Assembly (NCBI RefSeq): GCF_002310835.1
Contig: NZ_CP011041.1
Coordinates: forward strand, 1,470,001-1,502,000
Source of the DNA: Pseudoalteromonas tetraodonis
GTDB lineage: Bacteria > Pseudomonadota > Gammaproteobacteria > Enterobacterales > Alteromonadaceae
DNA length: 32,000 nt
Direction: 5' to 3'
Shown: positions 25,407 through 32,000 of the stretch, piece by piece
Position numbering within the stretch: position 1 is the first letter of the stretch
Layout: each line of letters opens with the position of its first letter
Position numbers and translations under genes: made by a program
The notes under the pieces: model-generated
Databases searched by the model: none
What the model saw: the letters and a program-made list of their open reading frames with translations, nothing else
What the model was told of the DNA's origin: nothing

Positions 25407-25733
25407 ATGAGTACTAAAAGTAGACGATTACGCAAGAAATTGTATTTAGATGAATTTGCTATTCTAGGTTTTGAATTTACTTGTAATTTAAATGCTACTG
25501 AAGCGGAATTTGATTTATTACTAGATGGGCTTTTAGAATTCATCGATAAAAGAAAACTTTGTATTGCTGGTGGAGGTGACTGTAAGTCATTCAGTGGCTT
25601 TATTTGTTCTGTTCATCGTTATGGTTCGGCGACTAATCAAGATAGAGAAGAAGTTGAGCTTTGGTTAAAGTCTAAAGAAAATATTTCAAATATTGTTGTT
25701 AGTCAATTAGTTGATGCAAACTACGGAGTGTAA
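25407..25733 (+). CDS. YggL/DUF469-family protein
   Basis: SRRLRKKLYLDEFAILGFEF... is colinear with E. coli YggL (SRRLRKKMHIDEFQELGFSV...). AAGGA lies 5 nt upstream of the ATG. Confidence 0.8.
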   Translation: MSTKSRRLRKKLYLDEFAILGFEFTCNLNATEAEFDLLLDGLLEFIDKRKLCIAGGGDCKSFSGFICSVHRYGSATNQDREEVELWLKSKENISNIVVSQLVDANYGV

Positions 25734-25782
25734 TGATTTATCTAAAGATTATTTGGTTGAAGACCAAAATGAGCAAATATTA

Positions 25783-25852
25783 ACTTCATATATCAGAACT
25801 TAAATCTTATTGCGACTTATTTAAGCCGCTCTTTGCATATTATACACAGCGT
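25783..25852 (+). repeat. copy B of the roughly 70-bp repeat
   Basis: It shares an exact TCAGAACTTAAAT 13-mer, ATTTAAGCCG and CAGCGT with copy A, at roughly 70% identity overall. Confidence 0.6.
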
Positions 25853-25889
25853 GATAAGTCGGGTTGTCTCAAGTAAATTTATCATTTTT

Positions 25890-25965
25890 GTCGGATGGCG
25901 TGGCTTCGCCACTTATCCGACCTACGTCTAAAGGTAGGTTGGTTAAGCCGAAGGCGCCACCCAAC
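25890..25965. repeat. REP doublet (REPIN-like)
   Basis: GTCGGATGGCGTGGCTTCGCCACTTATCCGACCTAC, an 8-nt spacer, then the inverted partner GTAGGTTGGTTAAGCCGAAGGCGCCACCCAAC. Each unit is a palindrome flanked by GTAG/CTAC and resembles the E. coli REP form G.CGGATG....CTTATCCG.CCTAC. Confidence 0.6.
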
Positions 25966-25974
25966 AGAGTTCTA

Positions 25975-26103
25975 ATTTAGGTGACACAAGTTGATGATTT
26001 AATTAATTTAGTTACTAATTTATGTGTTTATAACCCTCTAAAAGCAGCGAAATTGTCATGAATGTCATTAGTAACACTACAATAATCACTGACTCTTGAG
26101 CTT
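25975..26103 (+). repeat. direct repeat DR1: duplicated promoter region plus first 15 codons of the alpha/beta-hydrolase gene
   Basis: It aligns with 28661-28789. The last roughly 100 bp differ at about 7 positions. The ATG at 26058 opens MNVISNTTIITDS and then hits a stop. Confidence 0.85.
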
Positions 26104-26180
26104 AATTGTAAAAGAGCGAAGTAAGGTTGAAGTTTTAACGCCATGGTTCTGTCGGGCTTGGTCTATAAATTGTACTTATA

Positions 26181-26345
26181 TTATTCAACAGCTTTTAAGC
26201 GTTTTGTAATGGCTTGAAGTTTATCTTCTAGTGTAAAAGACAGAATTAAGGTTTCTTCTACAATTTCTTTCGTTTCATCAACTAAGCCTACTAGCTCCGA
26301 CTCTTGCTCTTCATCTAAGCCTAGAGTGATCATTTTTGATTGTAT
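26181..26345 (-). pseudogene. 3' fragment (last 54 codons plus stop) of the IS-disrupted response regulator gene
   Basis: Read on the minus strand from the duplicated ATA codon, it gives IQSKMITLGLDEEQESELVGLVDETKEIVEETLILSFTLEDKLQAITKRLKAVE*. This is exactly in frame with ...NDLSQA(I) at 27612-27614. Confidence 0.8.
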
Positions 26346-26353
26346 TGTAGTGG

Positions 26354-27534
<1,181 letters not shown>

Positions 27535-27578
27535 TTTTTCACCCAAATTTGTATGCTTATTAGCATAACATTTCTTTC

Positions 27579-28562
27579 TTAATGGGTGACCAAAATCACT
27601 GTACCACTACATATAGCTTGAGATAAGTCATTTACGAGTATTTTTATTTGTTTATCTTGCTCTGAGCATAGCTTTTTTATGGTACTAAAATCATCAGCAA
27701 GTTGACTTTTTAGAGTGTTTAAAGCTTGTTGGCGAATGTTGGCTTTTTCTAATTGTTGTTCAATAAATTCTATCCGGCTTTCTATAATGGTAAGCAAAAT
27801 AGCGAAGTTATCTCGAAGGCGACCGAGTAAACCTTCATCCTTTGTATTTATTCCTTTTACAAGCATTGAACAAGAAGGCGCGTTAAATAATAAATTAGAG
27901 CTAAATGGAACTATTCGCTTGGCTCTTCTGCCTAGTTCTAGAATTTCTTTTTCCAAGTCAGAAATAGTTTGTTTTGGGAATTGGTGATATTGGTTTGCTA
28001 CCCTAAACTCTACGCAACAGCTGGCGCCTGCATTAGTAAAATAGCGCTGTACGTTAGCAAATAATGTGTCTAAATCCGTTACCTCAAGATTGTCAGTAAA
28101 AAATGTGACTAATTCTCCAAGTTCGCTTGCTTGTTGCATTGATGTAAAAGCGGTAGATGAAGCGACTTCGAACATTTCTTTTAGATTATTTCGCTCTGTA
28201 ATGCGCAGTTCTACACGCTTTAATTTTTCGTTAAGTTCCTTAAAATCTACTGGCTTGGCAATATAATCATCACCGCCATAGCCATAAGCTGTGAGTTTGT
28301 CTTCACTCGATGTTAAGGCTGAAATAAATATAATTTCACAGTCGTCATACGCACCACATTCTTTTATTTCTTTAACCAAGTCGTAACCCGTGAAATCATT
28401 ACTAAGTAAGATATCCATTAGGACTACTTGAGGCTGATGTTCCTCCATTAAAGCTAATATAGGCTCGCTGCCATCAGATGAGGTAATGTCATGTTGCTTG
28501 GATAGGACCATTTCCATGATATTTCTATTTTGAGGGTTATCATCGACGGACAATATTTTCAC
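27579..28562 (-). pseudogene. response regulator (REC domain plus uncharacterised C-terminal domain), truncated by the IS
   Basis: The REC motifs are present: DD at residues 7-8, the phospho-acceptor D in VVLMDILL, ISALT and IAKP. The native sequence ends at 27612, and the last 11 codons ([10 protein letters not shown]) are read from the IS end. Confidence 0.85.
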
Positions 28563-28660
28563 ATGCTCTCCTAATTAACTATTCTCATCCTTCTTCAATA
28601 TAATAGCCATGGAAATGGCTACCCGCAAACAATCGACTTATGTATATTTTTCATTACTTA

Positions 28661-28789
28661 TTTAAGTGACACAACTTGAACCCTTAATTATGGTAGTTAC
28701 TTAATTTATGTGTTTATAACTCTATAAAAGCAGCGAAATTGTCATGAATGTCATTAGCAACACTACAATAATTACTGACTCATTAGCTT
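28661..28789 (+). repeat. direct repeat DR2 (functional copy: upstream region and start of the alpha/beta-hydrolase gene)
   Basis: Partner of 25975-26103. Confidence 0.85.
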
Positions 28790-29649
28790 CGTGGCATAAG
28801 AGCCAATCGACGTTTCAATTTCAAGGTCATGACATTGCATATCATGTACAAGGCGAAGAGGGCGCGCCGTGTTTATTGCTGATCCATGGTTACCCAACCG
28901 CAAGTTGGGATTGGCATAATCAATGGGCTGCGCTCACTCAACACTTTAAGGTATTTACTCTGGATATGCTGGGTTTTGGTTTTAGTGATAAACCAAAAAA
29001 TAGTCGTTACACCATTAGCATGCAAGCGGATTTACTGACTCATTTTTTACAGCTTTTTAATGTAAAAGCAGCGCATATTTTAAGCCACGATTACGGTGAT
29101 ACGGTAGCGCAGGAACTACTTGCTCGAAGCAACTTAAATGAGCCATATGCCATAAAAATACAAAGCGTTTGCTTTCTCAACGGCGGGCTATTCCCTGAAA
29201 CACATAAACCGGTATTACTGCAAAAGTTGCTACTTAGTCCACTTGGCGGATTTGTGTCGCGACTTGCTAACTATAAAAGTTTTAAGCGTAATTTTGACAA
29301 TATATGTTCTATACCACTTGCTGAAAAAGAGCTAAACGAATTGTGGCAGTTAATTGAATACAAACAGGGTAAGCCTGTAATGGCAAAACTGATTTATTAC
29401 ATCACAGAGCGTAAATTACATCGTGCTCGTTGGGTTGGCGCTTTACAGCACGCTGAAATACCCATGCGTTTAATTTGCGGTATGGACGACCCCGTTTCGG
29501 GTCGCCACATGGTTAAACGCTATCGCGAGCTAATCACTAATTCAGATATTATTGAACTGGAAGGGGTAGGCCATTACCCCCAATTAGAACAGGCAAATCA
29601 AGTAATCAAATGCTTTATTGAATTTCATCGGCTAAAGGTGACGCATTAG
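28744..29649 (+). CDS. alpha/beta-fold hydrolase (epoxide hydrolase / haloalkane dehalogenase-like)
   Basis: LLIHGYPTASWDW, a nucleophile elbow SHDYGD, and a C-terminal GVGHYPQLEQ (catalytic His). Confidence 0.85.
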   Translation: MNVISNTTIITDSLASWHKSQSTFQFQGHDIAYHVQGEEGAPCLLLIHGYPTASWDWHNQWAALTQHFKVFTLDMLGFGFSDKPKNSRYTISMQADLLTHFLQLFNVKAAHILSHDYGDTVAQELLARSNLNEPYAIKIQSVCFLNGGLFPETHKPVLLQKLLLSPLGGFVSRLANYKSFKRNFDNICSIPLAEKELNELWQLIEYKQGKPVMAKLIYYITERKLHRARWVGALQHAEIPMRLICGMDDPVSGRHMVKRYRELITNSDIIELEGVGHYPQLEQANQVIKCFIEFHRLKVTH

Positions 29650-29681
29650 GTTTTAAAAGTTGGATGTTGAGATAGGTACTC

Positions 29682-29710
29682 TTGACACTAAAATCTTTGA
29701 AAAGTATATT
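29682..29710 (+). promoter_or_regulatory. near-consensus sigma70 promoter for the metallopeptidase-lipoprotein pair
   Basis: TTGACA (29682-29687), a 17-nt spacer, then TATATT (29705-29710). Confidence 0.5.
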
Positions 29711-29769
29711 GGACTAGTTAGAGGAACTAATAGAATTGTTAAACAAAAGCATTTTAGCAATTATTACTA

Positions 29770-30597
29770 ATGATAATGGAATATAAAATGGATTCAACAG
29801 CTGCGAACCCGCAAAAACACTCTCTTACGCTCGATATTTTTGAAGAGCATCTTCATAAAGCAATTGATAAACCCACTGTTAATTATCGTATGGTACGGGT
29901 AGGGCCCTCTCGAAATGGCCGAGGTACCAAGCTAAAAGTTCATAACGGGGCTCATAAAGCAACTTGGGCTAAAACGACCATTAATAGTCGTTTAAGAACC
30001 ATCAATATTGATGTTTATCTTAATTTTAAACAAAACAGTTTGCAACAAGGCGATTATCTTAAATTAAAAACGTTGGCTATAGCTGGTATTAAACAATATT
30101 GGTCAAATACAATTACAGTGGCGGGTGTGCGTTTTAATGTAATAGTTAATCCTTTACATAAAAGTAGTTCTGATGCCATTCCTGTAGACCTAGAGATAGA
30201 GGAAAGTGAAAGTTATGGTCGTTCAATGAACCCAGCTATATTAGGTATTGATGCGAGTTTTATTTATCAAAGAGGATCTGTAACAGCTGGTATACCATCA
30301 AAATTGATTGATGATGAGTTTAAGTTGGTTTCAGCGCATGAGTTTGGCCATTCTATACTTATGTATGTAGGAGGTATTAATTTATCTTGGGGTCATAAAG
30401 GTAGTACAAATGTTCTCCTTCAAAATGTTAAAGCGTCTTCTCCAGGTTATCCAAATCAAGGAAAGATTGATCTCATGAAGTATTACAATGACACAAAAAA
30501 TACCGCTAATCTGAAGCAACGCATTACACGCAGTGAAGCGATTGAAGTTGATATAAAAAGATTAATTTGGAGTTCTGAGGTTCTATGGAAAGATTAA
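29770..30597 (+). CDS. HExxH zinc-metallopeptidase-like protein, no signal peptide (candidate toxin/effector)
   Basis: The only recognisable motif is SAHEFGHSIL...SWGH. AT-rich codon usage. The start is uncertain (29770, 29776 or 29788). Confidence 0.65.
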   Translation: MIMEYKMDSTAANPQKHSLTLDIFEEHLHKAIDKPTVNYRMVRVGPSRNGRGTKLKVHNGAHKATWAKTTINSRLRTINIDVYLNFKQNSLQQGDYLKLKTLAIAGIKQYWSNTITVAGVRFNVIVNPLHKSSSDAIPVDLEIEESESYGRSMNPAILGIDASFIYQRGSVTAGIPSKLIDDEFKLVSAHEFGHSILMYVGGINLSWGHKGSTNVLLQNVKASSPGYPNQGKIDLMKYYNDTKNTANLKQRITRSEAIEVDIKRLIWSSEVLWKD

Positions 30598-30977
30598 AGG
30601 TATTAATTTTTGGATTACTAATAACTTTTGTATTGAGCTCATGTTCAAGTATTTATTGGGCTAGTGTTAAAAACTCTACGGCTGAAGAGTTAATGGTTAA
30701 AGTGGTGTTTAAAACTGAGCACGGTACTCAGGTAATGGACATGCCATTAAAAGCAGGTGAAGTAAATGTTTGGCAATATGAACAGTCATCAAGTGAATCA
30801 AAAATAATGGATAAATATTTATCTTCAATTGAGATAAGTGACGGCAGTGGCTGTTACTTAGTCTTTAATAAAGAAGAGATAAAAAAGAAGGTTAAAAATA
30901 CAACGCGGCAAATCGTAATTTCTCCTGATGATTTTCAAAAAGCCTGCGAGAGGAAAGTTAATTTAAACACACCATAA
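30585..30977 (+). CDS. small lipoprotein (candidate cognate immunity/inhibitor)
   Basis: Lipobox in MERLKVLIFGLLITFVLSS|C. GAGG lies 5 nt upstream, and the gene overlaps the upstream gene by 13 nt. Confidence 0.7.
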   Translation: MERLKVLIFGLLITFVLSSCSSIYWASVKNSTAEELMVKVVFKTEHGTQVMDMPLKAGEVNVWQYEQSSSESKIMDKYLSSIEISDGSGCYLVFNKEEIKKKVKNTTRQIVISPDDFQKACERKVNLNTP

Positions 30978-31044
30978 AAATCTTTTGTAAAGCTTCCCTA
31001 AAGGGTCTGACCTTAAGTATAAATTTAGCTTGCTGCTACTTTTA

Positions 31045-31096
31045 GTCTCGTAGGATTTATTTTAAAAGTTAAACATTAAAATAAATCCTACGAGAC
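31045..31096. terminator. bidirectional hairpin between convergent genes
   Basis: Perfect 20-bp stem GTCTCGTAGGATTTATTTTA / TAAAATAAATCCTACGAGAC with a 12-nt loop. Confidence 0.7.
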
Positions 31097-31120
31097 AATC
31101 ACCATTCATTTAAGTGAATA

Positions 31121-32000
31121 TCACTTTGGCGTTACCAGCATCAGCTTTGCCTCTTTGCCATCCGTTAATATCGCTACATTACCTTCAGCAGTGACAAACA
31201 CATCTCTGAGCCTACCTGTGGCTTCTGGGAAAATATGAGTCTGGGTGTATTCATCATTCGCTAAATTAATACTGTAGAGCTTTTTATCGACCAGAGTAGT
31301 AATAAGCACGTGGCGTTGCAGTGAAGGGAAGGCTGCATGGTTATCGCCATAATACGCCATGCCTGATGGCGCAATTGAGGGCGTCCAATCTACGGTTGGT
31401 TTAGCCATTCCAGGGTAGTCTCTAAAGGGGGATATACGTGCTTGTGAATAATCGTCACCGTTAGTGATTACCGGCCAGCCGTAATTGGTGCCAGCTGTTA
31501 AATAATTGAGTTCGTCACCGCCAGCGGGGCCGTGTTCGTGGCTAATAATTTGCTGTGTATCGTAATCATAAACCAAGCCTTGCAAGTTACGGTGCCCGAG
31601 TGAATAAATAGCATGCGCGTTAGCGTTTTTGTGACTAATAAACGGGTTATCGTTTGGTATTGTGCCGTTTAAATTTATGCGTAATGTTTTGCCAAGTTGA
31701 CTGGTAATAACCTGTGCTTGCTCGCGGTAGTCAAAACCATCACCACTTGAAAATAATAAGGTACTATCTGGCAATACAAGCGCGCGGCCAGAATAATGCT
31801 GCGGTGTGCCCTTATCGGTGACTACTTTATAAATAACTTTTGGCGTTGAAAATTGCGCACCATCAAACGTGGCTTTGGCTATTACTAGCCTGTTTGCATC
31901 AAGCTCGCCTTGGGCATAGGTAAAAATAACGTCTTTTGAATCACTGTAATTAGGCGAAAGTACTATATCGAGTAAACCGCCTTGCCCTGCAACGTATAAG
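31121..32000 (-). CDS. PQQ-dependent sugar dehydrogenase (YliI/sGDH family), 5' end beyond the window
   Basis: GHRNLQGLVYD, HEHGPAGGDELN and GTNYGWP. The same frame is open upstream of the TTG at 31774 to the window edge (...GGLLDIVLSPNY...). Confidence 0.88.
   Translation of the reverse strand, partial: LYVAGQGGLLDIVLSPNYSDSKDVIFTYAQGELDANRLVIAKATFDGAQFSTPKVIYKVVTDKGTPQHYSGRALVLPDSTLLFSSGDGFDYREQAQVITSQLGKTLRINLNGTIPNDNPFISHKNANAHAIYSLGHRNLQGLVYDYDTQQIISHEHGPAGGDELNYLTAGTNYGWPVITNGDDYSQARISPFRDYPGMAKPTVDWTPSIAPSGMAYYGDNHAAFPSLQRHVLITTLVDKKLYSINLANDEYTQTHIFPEATGRLRDVFVTAEGNVAILTDGKEAKLMLVTPK

Noticed and set aside
25942-25948. GTTAAGC, a perfect GTTRRRY match, as the R' of a third attC that would close a YggL cassette.
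   Set aside because: No complementary R'' (GCTTAAC or AGCTAAC) with a paired arm lies between the YggL-like stop and this site. The heptamer is part of the second REP unit.
27579-27611. The last 11 codons of the 327-aa ORF as genuine C-terminus of the response regulator.
   Set aside because: These bases are the terminal inverted repeat of the IS. The true continuation lies at 26345-26181.

Overview
Positions 1-23,630 are a conserved housekeeping block of a low-GC (about 40%) gammaproteobacterium. Gene order and protein sequences look Alteromonadales / Pseudoalteromonas-like, but that taxon call is inference. The block holds two amidohydrolases, monomeric icd, cspD, clpS-clpA, infA, bpt-aat, a long acnB, trxB, pssA, ald, and lrp-ftsK-lolA-rarA-crcB-serS, mostly with clear rho-independent terminators. 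The E. coli-type synteny ends after the serS terminator. From about 23.6 to 31.1 kb the sequence is more AT-rich and mosaic. It contains: (a) a 1,174-bp two-gene unit (a membrane-anchored helical protein plus a YfbU-family protein) bounded by attC-like imperfect palindromes whose 7-nt core boxes are complementary crosswise, which is the footprint expected of an integron cassette inserted into a pre-existing attC; (b) a YggL/DUF469-like gene flanked by a roughly 70-bp direct repeat; (c) a REP doublet (REPIN-like) with the GTAG signature; (d) an orphan response regulator with an uncharacterised output domain, interrupted in frame by an intact 1,266-bp IS3-family element with a 3-bp target duplication, the whole unit bracketed by a roughly 125-bp duplication of the promoter and first 15 codons of the neighbouring alpha/beta-hydrolase gene; and (e) an HExxH metallopeptidase-like gene overlapping a lipoprotein gene, a candidate toxin/immunity pair with its own near-consensus promoter. 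The window ends inside a PQQ-dependent sugar dehydrogenase gene. I found no rRNA, tRNA or CRISPR array. All homology calls rest on recognising protein sequences by eye; no database search was run.
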